Shown: positions 10,997-21,293 of the stretch, piece by piece | How positions within the stretch are numbered: the stretch's first letter is position 1 | Layout of the letters: every line of letters starts with the position of its first letter | Assembly: GCA_023262495.1 (NCBI GenBank) | Contig: JALRAS010000001.1 | Span: 4,486 to 68,485 of the forward strand | DNA length: 64,000 nt | Origin: Bacteroidia bacterium | GTDB taxonomy: Bacteria; Bacteroidota; Bacteroidia; UBA4408 | Reading direction: 5' to 3' | The notes under the pieces: generated by a model | Told to the model about the DNA's origin: nothing | The model's input: the letters and a program-made list of their open reading frames with translations, nothing else | Database searches by the model: none | Made by a program: the position numbers and the translations under genes

Positions 10997-11063
10997 ATTA
11001 AAATATTTGCGCGAAAGTAATAAATATTAACGAGGTGAAATAGGTAATTCCCAAAACGCAATT

Positions 11064-11236
11064 AAACCCGAAAAAATCAGTAGAAGTAACGAATGTAACG
11101 CACTAGTGATTTTATGAGGACAATCCCGCTTAGCAGGTATTTTCAATCCATTGAACCAATGGATTGAATTACATCTGTTTTAGCGATTCCGCAATTTCTA
11201 ATGCGGAATATGGGATAAAACAAATTTAATTTCGAG
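11064..11236 (+). repeat. Intergenic repeat family Z, copy 1 (conserved 5' module, variable hairpin core, 3' hairpin module)
   Basis: It is near-identical over about 75 bp (…agaagtWacgMatgtaacgcactagtgattttaKRaggRcaatcccgcttagcaggt…) and over about 40 bp of 3' module (cgattccgcaWtttctaatgcggaatWtggg…ttaattttcgag) to 57003-57143. The central part is an unrelated perfect palindrome, tcaatccattgaaccaatggattga. Confidence 0.8.
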
Positions 11237-11375
11237 AATTATAGTTTACCCCATGTTAATCAATAGAATTTATCCCTTTGTTTATTACAATTTAGCCAAT
11301 GATTTCCCGAAATAATGCCGATAAAGTGTCTGCTACAGTTCAATCAATTGGACTGTTACAAAAAACCGTATCGGT

Positions 11376-11480
11376 ATTACGAATATGACGCACTAGTAAT
11401 TTTAGGCAAATTACACTTTCATTTTAGTTCCATTTTGGCATTTCCTTATTTTACTAATTTCAAGTAGTATCGGCATTAAC
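11376..11480 (+). repeat. Composite repeat: partial Z 5' module joined to family X, copy 2
   Basis: acgaatatgacgcactagtaatttta resembles the Z 5' module. It is followed by …ttacactttcattttagttccattttggcatttccttattttactaatttcaagtagtatcggcattaac, which matches family X at 5488-5562 and 36079-36150. Confidence 0.7.
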
Positions 11481-11616
11481 TAATACTGAATTGGGGTTTT
11501 AAGAATGAATCAGCAGTAAATTTCTTTGTGCACTACATTTACGTTATTACGATAATCAATGGATTATAATATAATAGGACATTAGTAGTTTTTTTTAAAA
11601 AACCTACAATATTTAT

Positions 11617-14600
11617 TTATTGCGGTTTCACTAAATTGTCATTCCCGTCCTTATCAATCAACTGATTCAAAGGATCTATACCAACCTTATAAGGCATTGT
11701 ATTCATCACAAATTGATAGTTCAATTTATTTTTCGTCACCTTAATTCTTTTACTGAAAAGTAAACTGTCATTTTCATCTACAGCGCCCACATCAATCCAA
11801 TCATTGAGCGGCACCGACTTTTCATTTCCTAAACTATCGGCATAGTATTTATTTAAATCAAGTTCCAAATTAACCAAGTATTTTTTATCCGCTGTAGGTA
11901 CATACTTTGCACTTTTACAAGCATTATTATACACGGTAATTCGTTTGAATAAATCATCGAGCATGGTGTGCAAAGAGTCAGGGGTTTCTGTTTTGATAAA
12001 ACTATAAAAATCGAGTGCATTGGGATATGGCGCACCTTTAAACTGATACTTTTTAATGAAGTTAGCAGCAGCACGATTAACGTTTTCCTCTCCAATATAT
12101 TCCTGCAAGGCATACATCACCATGCAACCTTTACTATAATGAATATAAGATTGATTTTGATTAAACAATAAAGGTTGTTCCTTCTCTCTTTCAGCTCCGC
12201 GTCTTCCCAAATAATTATCTAGTGCATACGACAAGAATTTTTTCATTTGTGCTCTTCCGTACCTTTTCTTCATCACCATCATGGCACTGTACTCAGCCAT
12301 CGATTCGCTAAATACGGTCATTCCATCAACAGGGCAACCAACTACCTGATGTGCCCACCACTGATGTGCAATTTCATGCGCAGTCACATAATAGGAGGCA
12401 TCAATCGTTTTAGGATCAGTGATATCAAGTATAAACCCTATCCTTTCACTATAAGGAATGGTGTTGGGGAATGACTGTGCAAATGTACTATAACCCGGAA
12501 ACTCTATAATACGCGCTTGTTTGTGTTGATAAGGACTAAAATTAGACGAAAAATAAGCCAACGACTCCTTAATTGAATTGGTCATTCTATCGATGTTATA
12601 CTCATGCCCTTTGTGATAATATATTTCAATGTTTACATCATTCCAGCGGTCTCTCTTCACTTCGTATGTTGCGCTTAAATAAGAATAGAAATTGAGTATA
12701 GGAGCATCCATCTTGTAGTGGAAATATCTGCGACCATCTTTTTTCCATTCCTTTTGCAGATATCCGGGTGCAATTGCTATTTGATCTTCAACCGTACTTA
12801 CAGTAGTTTCAAACCTGATCCAATCTGCATCATTACTGATATAATTGTTATTGTATTTTGACGAATCAGTGATGGCATAGCTTAATTTGCGCTTGGGTAG
12901 TTTTTCCTTTTTACGATCTTCATTACTTGAAATTTCTAAATCGGCATTGTAACCAATGATAGGAAAAATACTATTGTTGAGGAAAGTTCCGTTATCAACA
13001 ATTGAAGTGTTGTCGAAACTATTTGATAAAGCAGGATAGTAAATACTGTAGCTAAAGTTCATCAACATGCTATCACCGGGCAGCAAGGGCTTTTGTAATT
13101 TGTATAAATATACTCCTGCCGAATCGTTACCAAGCACTAATTGCGCAGGAATGCCCAAATCAACTTTTTTGTCTTTGATGTAAAAGCTCTCATTCAAATT
13201 AAGCACCACAGTATCGATATGCTTCTGATGTATATTTTTCAACCACCACTGCCCTTTCATAGCAACCCCTCTTTCATGAGGAAAAATATCAACCTCATTG
13301 TTGACGCTCACCACACGCGGCTGCAATAACTTCTCATATTTTTTAAATTGCCTTTCCATGCGTGCTGAAAATTGTCGACTCTCGTTCTTTTGTAGAAATA
13401 GATTTTTGTGAGCAATCTGATGATAGGTATAGGCTCCACATGTAATAGCACAAATAACAAGCAGTGTTACAACAGCAGCTGTACTTTTATTAAACCGTTG
13501 AGCGCATAACTTCAAACGAATGGCAAGACTGGTATCGGTTCCTCTCATCCAAAACAATCCTGTAAAAACAATCAGCAAAAGCCCAATCAATAGCCAATAC
13601 AAATTAAACCATTGAGCAGCTGCAAGAAAATGTCCAAATCCATTCAAATCGCTTAGCGTAAGATATGGTGAGCTCCCTAAGCGATATAAATTATTTTCAA
13701 AACCATTGCTTTCAAGCGCTATGTTGATGATATACGTGAGTATAACCACAGCATGCCCGAAAAACTTATTATTGATTAAGGCATGCACAAAAAAAGCAAA
13801 CATAACCATGAAAATTTGTGTAGGTAAAATGTATAAGTAAATGTACTTAAATGATACCGAAAACTCATATATTGAGTACCCCGAGAAAAACTGAATCAAT
13901 GCACATACGATAATGATCATTAGGTTGATGCCCGCCAATAACCCTATCATCCCAAACAGCTTAGCCCATAATAAAGTTTGATTGGAAACAGGCAATGAAT
14001 CGGCAATTTGATTAATTTTATTGGATCGTTCGCGCCATACCAATTCGGCTGTATAAAAGGTAATAATGATGATGAAAAACAATTGAAAAGAATCAGTAGC
14101 GTACTGAATTATTTTTCCCGTAACCGGAAAGGTTGATATATCATACATCTCGGTATCAAGTGCAATATTGGAAACCGCGTTGATGATACCCAATGAAACC
14201 AACACCGTAAAAATGGGAGTTCGATACATCATTTTAGCCTCGAAAATGAATATTTTCCAAAACTGTTTAAGTGCACTGTTGGTATCGAAGCGCTTTTGAA
14301 CAGGTGGCAAGTTAAGTTTATGCAAAGGTTCCTCAGCAACAACCTGCGGCTTTTTCTTTGATGAAAAAAGAGGAAGGGTGTTAAACTTAAAAAATTTGTA
14401 TCCGGCCCAATAAATAATACTGCCAATGGCAATCCACAGCAAGCGGTTGTATAAAAGCGCTCCTTGAAGCGGAATGATAAATTGATTGCGCTGTGCCGGG
14501 GTCCAAAATTTGGTAATTTCTGATGAAGCATTGATGCCCATAGGGTCGAGCAAGGCAGCAAGCAGTTTATCATCTAAATTACCGGTGAGCGTATTCGATA

Positions 14601-15171
14601 TCAAATACAAAATGAGGAACATCACTCCTTGCACATAAATGGCAAAAATATTTCTGGTTAAACTTCCCACCATAAAGAAAATAGCTCCCATAAAAAATGT
14701 ATTGGGCAGCACTATGGTTAAAAATGGCTGTGTGTATGCACTTAAATTAAATGGTGAAAGTTGCTCGGGGTCAATCCATGGCATTAGCGAACCAATCATG
14801 ATGCCTAAAGGCATAGCCGACATCACCAATAAGGTAATGATTAATGACCCTAAAAATCGGCCAATTAAATAAGCATTTTTAGTTAATGGACTTGTGAATA
14901 GTATTTCATGAAAGCGGTTATCAAAATCGCGGTATACAGGCACACCCATAATGGCAGAACATATCATTGCCGCAAATAAATTCAATATAACTATGGCCTG
15001 ATTGATGGTGTACGGAGAGTTTATTGTTACATTTCCTTGCCCCCCTCCTATCGAAACCACATCGGTAGCTATGAATAGAAAAGCGATAAAAAATAACAAC
15101 CCAAAATAGATATAAGTAGCCGGTCGATTGAGCCTATATCTGAGCTCAAATAAAAGTACTTTTATTAACAT
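11617..15171 (-). CDS. Fusion protein: N-terminal ABC-2 family multi-pass permease plus C-terminal M1 (aminopeptidase N-like) zinc metallopeptidase
   Basis: 1184 aa. The first ~560 aa have at least 10 predicted TM helices. The C-terminal half has an HExxH motif (VTAHEIAHQWW) and the downstream Glu of the gluzincin/M1 fold. It lies immediately downstream of an ABC ATPase gene. Confidence 0.8.
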   Translation of the reverse strand: MLIKVLLFELRYRLNRPATYIYFGLLFFIAFLFIATDVVSIGGGQGNVTINSPYTINQAIVILNLFAAMICSAIMGVPVYRDFDNRFHEILFTSPLTKNAYLIGRFLGSLIITLLVMSAMPLGIMIGSLMPWIDPEQLSPFNLSAYTQPFLTIVLPNTFFMGAIFFMVGSLTRNIFAIYVQGVMFLILYLISNTLTGNLDDKLLAALLDPMGINASSEITKFWTPAQRNQFIIPLQGALLYNRLLWIAIGSIIYWAGYKFFKFNTLPLFSSKKKPQVVAEEPLHKLNLPPVQKRFDTNSALKQFWKIFIFEAKMMYRTPIFTVLVSLGIINAVSNIALDTEMYDISTFPVTGKIIQYATDSFQLFFIIIITFYTAELVWRERSNKINQIADSLPVSNQTLLWAKLFGMIGLLAGINLMIIIVCALIQFFSGYSIYEFSVSFKYIYLYILPTQIFMVMFAFFVHALINNKFFGHAVVILTYIINIALESNGFENNLYRLGSSPYLTLSDLNGFGHFLAAAQWFNLYWLLIGLLLIVFTGLFWMRGTDTSLAIRLKLCAQRFNKSTAAVVTLLVICAITCGAYTYHQIAHKNLFLQKNESRQFSARMERQFKKYEKLLQPRVVSVNNEVDIFPHERGVAMKGQWWLKNIHQKHIDTVVLNLNESFYIKDKKVDLGIPAQLVLGNDSAGVYLYKLQKPLLPGDSMLMNFSYSIYYPALSNSFDNTSIVDNGTFLNNSIFPIIGYNADLEISSNEDRKKEKLPKRKLSYAITDSSKYNNNYISNDADWIRFETTVSTVEDQIAIAPGYLQKEWKKDGRRYFHYKMDAPILNFYSYLSATYEVKRDRWNDVNIEIYYHKGHEYNIDRMTNSIKESLAYFSSNFSPYQHKQARIIEFPGYSTFAQSFPNTIPYSERIGFILDITDPKTIDASYYVTAHEIAHQWWAHQVVGCPVDGMTVFSESMAEYSAMMVMKKRYGRAQMKKFLSYALDNYLGRRGAEREKEQPLLFNQNQSYIHYSKGCMVMYALQEYIGEENVNRAAANFIKKYQFKGAPYPNALDFYSFIKTETPDSLHTMLDDLFKRITVYNNACKSAKYVPTADKKYLVNLELDLNKYYADSLGNEKSVPLNDWIDVGAVDENDSLLFSKRIKVTKNKLNYQFVMNTMPYKVGIDPLNQLIDKDGNDNLVKPQ

Positions 15172-15189
15172 CGTAAAGGTGAGTTTAGG

Positions 15190-16059
15190 TTAAGAAACAA
15201 TTTTATCGAAATAAACATCTTCTAAAGCAGGGGCAACAGGTTCAAAACCTAAAGTCGAATGAGCATCTTCGCCTGTAATATGAATTTCTGTTTTGCCTGC
15301 AATTAAGCGCGTAGAAATTACACGATAGTTTTGCTGATGCTGAGCAAGCTCATGCTTATCAATAATTTTACGATATACTCTACCTTTCAAAACCTCGATT
15401 AAATCAAGCGGATTCCCTTTTGCAACAACTTCTCCCTTATTGATTACCGCCATATTGGTACAAAGTTCTTTTACATCCTCTACAATATGAGTCGAAAAAA
15501 TGATAATGACCTTCTCAGAAATCTCACTAAGTAAATTTAAAAAACGGTTTCGCTCTGCAGGATCCAGACCTGCTGTTGGTTCATCAACAATAATTACTTG
15601 CGGACTACCAATTAAGGCCTGTGCAATACCAAACCTTTGCTTCATACCCCCGCTATATCCACCAACATTTTTTTTGCGTACATCATACAAATTGGTTTGG
15701 CTCAATAGCGCCTTCACCAGTTCCTTTCTCTCACTTTTATTCACAATGCCTTTTAAAACACATAAGTGATCAAGTAAATCTTCGGCCGAAATATTGGGAT
15801 ATACCCCAAATTCCTGTGGCAAATAACCTAACTGCTTACGCATTTCCTGCTTGTTCTTCATGATGTCTAAATCGTCAAGCATGATTGAACCGGTATCGGC
15901 ATCTTGCAGTGTTGCAATGGTTCGCATCAAGGATGATTTACCGGCACCATTGGGACCTAATAACCCAAACAATCCTGTAGGAATTTCAAGGTTAATATTA
16001 TGCAAAGCCCTTGTACCGTTGGCATAAGTCTTGGAAAGGTTTTGAATTGTTAGTTTCAT
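15190..16059 (-). CDS. ABC transporter ATP-binding protein
   Basis: Walker A GPNGAGKSS, ABC signature YSGGMKQR, Walker B IIIVDEPTAGLD. Confidence 0.92.
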   Translation of the reverse strand: MKLTIQNLSKTYANGTRALHNINLEIPTGLFGLLGPNGAGKSSLMRTIATLQDADTGSIMLDDLDIMKNKQEMRKQLGYLPQEFGVYPNISAEDLLDHLCVLKGIVNKSERKELVKALLSQTNLYDVRKKNVGGYSGGMKQRFGIAQALIGSPQVIIVDEPTAGLDPAERNRFLNLLSEISEKVIIIFSTHIVEDVKELCTNMAVINKGEVVAKGNPLDLIEVLKGRVYRKIIDKHELAQHQQNYRVISTRLIAGKTEIHITGEDAHSTLGFEPVAPALEDVYFDKIVS

Positions 16060-16122
16060 GGCATTAAGGTTTAATTTGACACTATGACGAACGAAATAAA
16101 AATAAGTTACAGCAACTTAAAA

Positions 16123-17373
16123 TTAATCTTGCTTGATAATAGCAGCAAGCCCTTCTTCCTCAATTCTGGAAATATTTTTTGAAGCTATTAAAGAAGCAAG
16201 CAAGCCAATGATCATGACCACAAGCAATACATAGAGCATATCAAGCAACTCTACTTTTACAGGATAGGCATCAATCACAAAAGTACCTTCGGCCCCCAAC
16301 CCAATGATACCAAACTGCTGTTGTATCAAGCAAATCAATAATCCAGTGATGATGCCCGCTGCTGCTCCTCTGAATGATATCAGCATACCTTGCAACAAAA
16401 AAATGTTTTTAATCGATTGCATAGAGGCACCCATACTTTTGAGTATGGCTATATCTTTTTTCTTATCGATAATCAACATGGTTAGTGAACCTATCACATT
16501 GAAAGAGGCAACAATGAGAATAAACACAAGAATGAAAAATACCGCCCATTTTTCTGATTTCATAATTTTAAAAAGCAGTTCATGTTGCTCTACTTTATTC
16601 TTAACGATAAACTTTTCGCCTATCAATCGCCTTATTTTGGGCTGCATATCTGCCTCAGCAAACTCAGGCCTCAGAAACACTTCCAATGAAGTAACCTCAT
16701 TGGTGTAACTCAATAAATCTCGGGTAAACGAAACAGGCACCAAAAAATACTTTGCATCTACATCTTGCTGTACACTAAAAACCGAGTGCACATTGATGCT
16801 TCTGATATTGAATGCATCGGCTGTATTAATTAAATCGGGTTTAACCATACGATTGGGCACATAAACACTAAGCGGATATACACTACCGCCCGATGACAAG
16901 CTCAATCCAATGGCCACCCCTTGCCCTAAACTGGCAAAGGGAATGCTGTCTCTGATGAGTTCAAATGAACCGTCAACCACTAAATTTTTAAGCCGATCGA
17001 TGCGTTCCACCTCGGGCGAAACACCCTTGATGGTAGCAAAAATTTGCTTGTCGCCATTTTTTAGCAGCACGTTTTCTTCGAGTACCTCACTCACTAAATT
17101 AACTTCTTGCATTTGCGCCAACTTACTCATTAAAGCAGCATCAGGAACAAATGTTTTTCCTGTTTTAGTAGTGATTACATAATCGGCATCAAAAGAGTTG
17201 TAAAGCCCGGTTACAAGAGATTCAAAACCATTGAATACCGAAAGCACCACAACCAAAGCGGCTGCGCCAACAAACACTCCTGCAGTGGCAATCCCCGACA
17301 TGATGTTGATGGCGTTTTGAGATTTCTTTGCCCTGATATAGCGGCCGGCAATATAAAGTGCAAATGATCTCAA
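16123..17373 (-). CDS. ABC transporter permease, FtsX/LolE-like (MacB-type fold)
   Basis: 416 aa with an N-terminal TM, a large periplasmic domain and three C-terminal TMs. The N-terminus YIAGRYIRAKK is typical of the LolC/E family. Confidence 0.75.
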   Translation of the reverse strand: MRSFALYIAGRYIRAKKSQNAINIMSGIATAGVFVGAAALVVVLSVFNGFESLVTGLYNSFDADYVITTKTGKTFVPDAALMSKLAQMQEVNLVSEVLEENVLLKNGDKQIFATIKGVSPEVERIDRLKNLVVDGSFELIRDSIPFASLGQGVAIGLSLSSGGSVYPLSVYVPNRMVKPDLINTADAFNIRSINVHSVFSVQQDVDAKYFLVPVSFTRDLLSYTNEVTSLEVFLRPEFAEADMQPKIRRLIGEKFIVKNKVEQHELLFKIMKSEKWAVFFILVFILIVASFNVIGSLTMLIIDKKKDIAILKSMGASMQSIKNIFLLQGMLISFRGAAAGIITGLLICLIQQQFGIIGLGAEGTFVIDAYPVKVELLDMLYVLLVVMIIGLLASLIASKNISRIEEEGLAAIIKQD

Positions 17374-17395
17374 GTTGGTATACTTTTGAAAAAGA

Positions 17396-18202
17396 TTATT
17401 TCCACGCTTTCACAATCAAACCCGTTCCTGTTGGGTGATTTGAGTGCGCATCAAGGTAATTAAGTATAAATGCAATAGGATATACCAATAAAAAATAAAT
17501 GGGTAGTATAATGAAAAACAGTTTAGAAACACCTAGCATCAAAATTGGGTACTTCATACTTAAGCGCCATGCAATTTTTCCGGGAGCACCATATGAGTAA
17601 CGTGCCTCTACTTTTGAAAAACCGGATTCAAGAAGTTTGTTTTCTATTTCTTTGATGTTATATCCATCACGCACATGTTCTTCTATAAATGAGGTTTCAC
17701 CATCATCGTGCACATCGCTTCCGCCCTGATCGGAGGGAGTTGATATGAGTAGCATACCACCTTTATTCATGGCAGCAACGTAATTTTTAAACACCGTTAC
17801 ATCTTCCAAAATATGCTCCATTACATCAACACATAGCACCAAATCAAATTGCGGAGCCATTTTTAACTTAGTTAAATCGGCAATCTCAAAATTAACATGC
17901 TTATAATTAATCTGCTTAAAGAAATTACTACAATCGGCAATCTGCTCTTCTTTAACATCTACAGCAAGTATTTGCGCGTTTTTAAGATGTTTAGCCATGT
18001 AGTAGGTATACTGACCAAAGCCCATACCGGCATCAAGTATTTTTGGGCTATTAGGAGCGTTTTGCATCCATTTACGCAATTCAAGATGTATGTGCCATGC
18101 GCGCAATAAAAGTAAATCGAGCAAGCGATAAAATAGTTTCCGTAAAAAAGGCGATTGATTAAAAAAATTTCCTAAAGTGCGCTTGATAGGGTCGTATTGC
18201 AT
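17396..18202 (-). CDS. Class I SAM-dependent methyltransferase
   Basis: Motif I ILDAGMGFGQYTYYMA and an acidic motif II (LAVDV); 268 aa. Confidence 0.7.
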   Translation of the reverse strand: MQYDPIKRTLGNFFNQSPFLRKLFYRLLDLLLLRAWHIHLELRKWMQNAPNSPKILDAGMGFGQYTYYMAKHLKNAQILAVDVKEEQIADCSNFFKQINYKHVNFEIADLTKLKMAPQFDLVLCVDVMEHILEDVTVFKNYVAAMNKGGMLLISTPSDQGGSDVHDDGETSFIEEHVRDGYNIKEIENKLLESGFSKVEARYSYGAPGKIAWRLSMKYPILMLGVSKLFFIILPIYFLLVYPIAFILNYLDAHSNHPTGTGLIVKAWK

Positions 18203-18241
18203 GGTTTAAAAATAGCTTGCGAAGTTAATGAATGGCAGCGG

Positions 18242-18736
18242 TTAGTTAAAAGTAATTTTACCGTTGGCAGTTTTAAATTTAATTTTATCGGCTTTATAGT
18301 TTACGACACGGCCCTCGTTTTTCGCAGGGGAAAAGTCGGGAAGCGTACTGATAGCTTGATTAATGGCATTAATAAGCGCAATCTCTGCGGGATTCTCTTT
18401 GTCGCTATACTTCAACAATTTTAAGCTACCCGCCACCCCTTTACAATTCACAATTATTTCAGCTACAATTGAGGCGTTACCATCGATGGCAGGCGTTGCA
18501 TCCAATTTTTGCTGAAGCAATTCTTTAAAAGGAACTTTTTTTGAGCCATCCTTATAAAATGGAGGTTGATCAGCATCGGTATAGTAACTCTCATCGCCAC
18601 ACAAAACCGTTTGTTTGCCGCGAGCTGCCGCATAATCAAGGGAGTCGGTCCAGCGTGTTCTTTTTTGGGCAGATGCATTGTTAGCGTTGAGCATAACAAA
18701 TCCACAGATTAAAATGAGCAGGTGAACAATTTTCAT
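18242..18736 (-). CDS. Secreted hypothetical protein. The ORF-track extension to 18991 is an artefact that reads through upstream repeat DNA
   Basis: The internal Met (MKIVHLLILICGFVMLNANNASAQ) starts a clean signal peptide. The extra 85 codons upstream are the translation of repeat Y copy A and are low-complexity. Confidence 0.5.
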   Translation of the reverse strand: MKIVHLLILICGFVMLNANNASAQKRTRWTDSLDYAAARGKQTVLCGDESYYTDADQPPFYKDGSKKVPFKELLQQKLDATPAIDGNASIVAEIIVNCKGVAGSLKLLKYSDKENPAEIALINAINQAISTLPDFSPAKNEGRVVNYKADKIKFKTANGKITFN

Positions 18737-18855
18737 AGGCCAATCAGTTTCAAGGATACAAAGTTTTAAAAAATATTGATATAAAGGCATACTCAGAAAT
18801 AATAAATGTTGAATATGAGCTTGCCGATAGCGAAAGTTTGCTTTAAACCCACATT

Positions 18856-18970
18856 TTAGCGCGCACAATAAAGGAAAGTACTTGATGCGCTGCAAACGTA
18901 TGTATTGTGCGTCCTCGTTGCAAACGAGGACGAGGGGAGGGCGTCCTCGTTGCAAACAAGGGAAGGGAAA
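18856..18970 (+). repeat. Intergenic repeat family Y, copy A (double hairpin with TTGCAAA loops; the second hairpin is duplicated)
   Basis: ttagcgcgca…aaaggaaagtacttgatgcgctgcaaacgta…gcgtcctcgttgcaaacgaggacgaggggagggcgtcctcgttgcaaacaagg. The stems gtcctcg/cgaggac flank the loop ttgcaaa. Confidence 0.8.
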
Positions 18971-19055
18971 TAAATAATGAACAAGAAACAAGGAATATTG
19001 AATTTGAATGATGAAGTTTTTTTTAGAAGGAATAATATTAATAAAACCTTGTAAT

Positions 19056-19078
19056 CATCCTCGTTTGCAACGAGGATG
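19056..19078 (-). repeat. Solo Y-type hairpin in inverted orientation
   Basis: catcctcgtttgcaacgaggatg is a perfect 8-bp stem with a tttgcaa loop, which is the reverse complement of the Y loop. Confidence 0.6.
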
Positions 19079-19128
19079 CTGTAAGTTTGCGTTTGGAATT
19101 CGTAGTTGGTAATTTTAATTGGCTCTAA

Positions 19129-19260
19129 TTAGCGCGCATAAAAAGGAAAGTGCTTGATGCGTTGCAAACGCATATATTGCCCGTCCTCGTTGCAAACAAG
19201 GACGAGGGGGTGATGAGGGGAAGAGCAATTGTATTATTTCAGGTAGTATCAGTATTACAC
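19129..19260 (+). repeat. Repeat family Y copy B followed by a partial X module
   Basis: ttagcgcgcataaaaaggaaagtgcttgatgcgttgcaaacgcatatattgcccgtcctcgttgcaaacaaggacgaggggg is about 90% identical to 36215-36290. It is followed by tattatttcaggtagtatcagtattacac, which is the X 3' end. Confidence 0.8.
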
Positions 19261-19261
19261 T

Positions 19262-19305
19262 ACAATCCAAAAATAAAAACGCCCCAACAATACTATGTTG
19301 AGGCG
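19262..19305 (-). terminator. Rho-independent terminator of the atpDC unit
   Basis: On the minus strand the sequence is aaacgcctcaacatagtattgttggggcgttt (7-bp GC-containing stem) followed by ttatttttgg, directly downstream of the atpC stop. Confidence 0.7.
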
Positions 19306-19327
19306 TTTAATTAAGTTGCGTGTGTGA

Positions 19328-19561
19328 TTACTCGGCTAGCACAATTACTTTGTTTTTAAGCACTTCTACAACGCCTCCTTTAATGGTAAAGCTTTGTGTG
19401 CCTGCATTATCGGTAATTTTCACTTTGCCTGCTTTTAAAGCGCTGATCATAGGAGCATGATTATTTAAGATTCCTAACGAACCATCGCTGCCCGGTAATG
19501 AAACCGATTTGATTTCGCCTTCAAACAATTTTTTATCAGGACTTATAATTTCTAAAAACAT
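19328..19561 (-). CDS. atpC: F0F1 ATP synthase subunit epsilon
   Basis: 77 aa. MFLEIISPDKKLFEGEIKSVSLPGSDGSLGIL…HAPMIS matches the epsilon N-terminal beta-sandwich. It lies directly downstream of atpD. Confidence 0.9.
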   Translation of the reverse strand: MFLEIISPDKKLFEGEIKSVSLPGSDGSLGILNNHAPMISALKAGKVKITDNAGTQSFTIKGGVVEVLKNKVIVLAE

Positions 19562-19591
19562 GCTGTTTTAATTTATTTTGTTGTGCTGATA

Positions 19592-21100
<1,509 letters not shown>

Positions 21101-21293
21101 TTATTGTGATTTTAATTCTGTTTAAAAGTTCAGCGTGAAAAATTATGGGCGCAAAACTATACTTTTTTTGACAGATTACCTCGGTCTTTTTAAGAATAAT
21201 TTATTGATAAAAACTTGCTGATTATCAGAACAATAACTGAGAACGTGCTAAATTTAACCCTAATTACTTGACCTTGAACCCACAAACTACCTA

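Noticed and set aside
18737-18991. N-terminal 85-aa extension of ORF 18242..18991
   Set aside because: It is a read-through of repeat Y copy A. A clean signal peptide starts at the internal Met (18736). The extension is treated as a non-coding artefact.
18856-19225. Possible CRISPR array, because of the repeated ~30-bp palindromic units
   Set aside because: There are only two or three copies with irregular 270-bp spacing, the units are imperfect and embedded in a longer repeat (family Y), and no cas genes are nearby. It is an intergenic repeat, not CRISPR.
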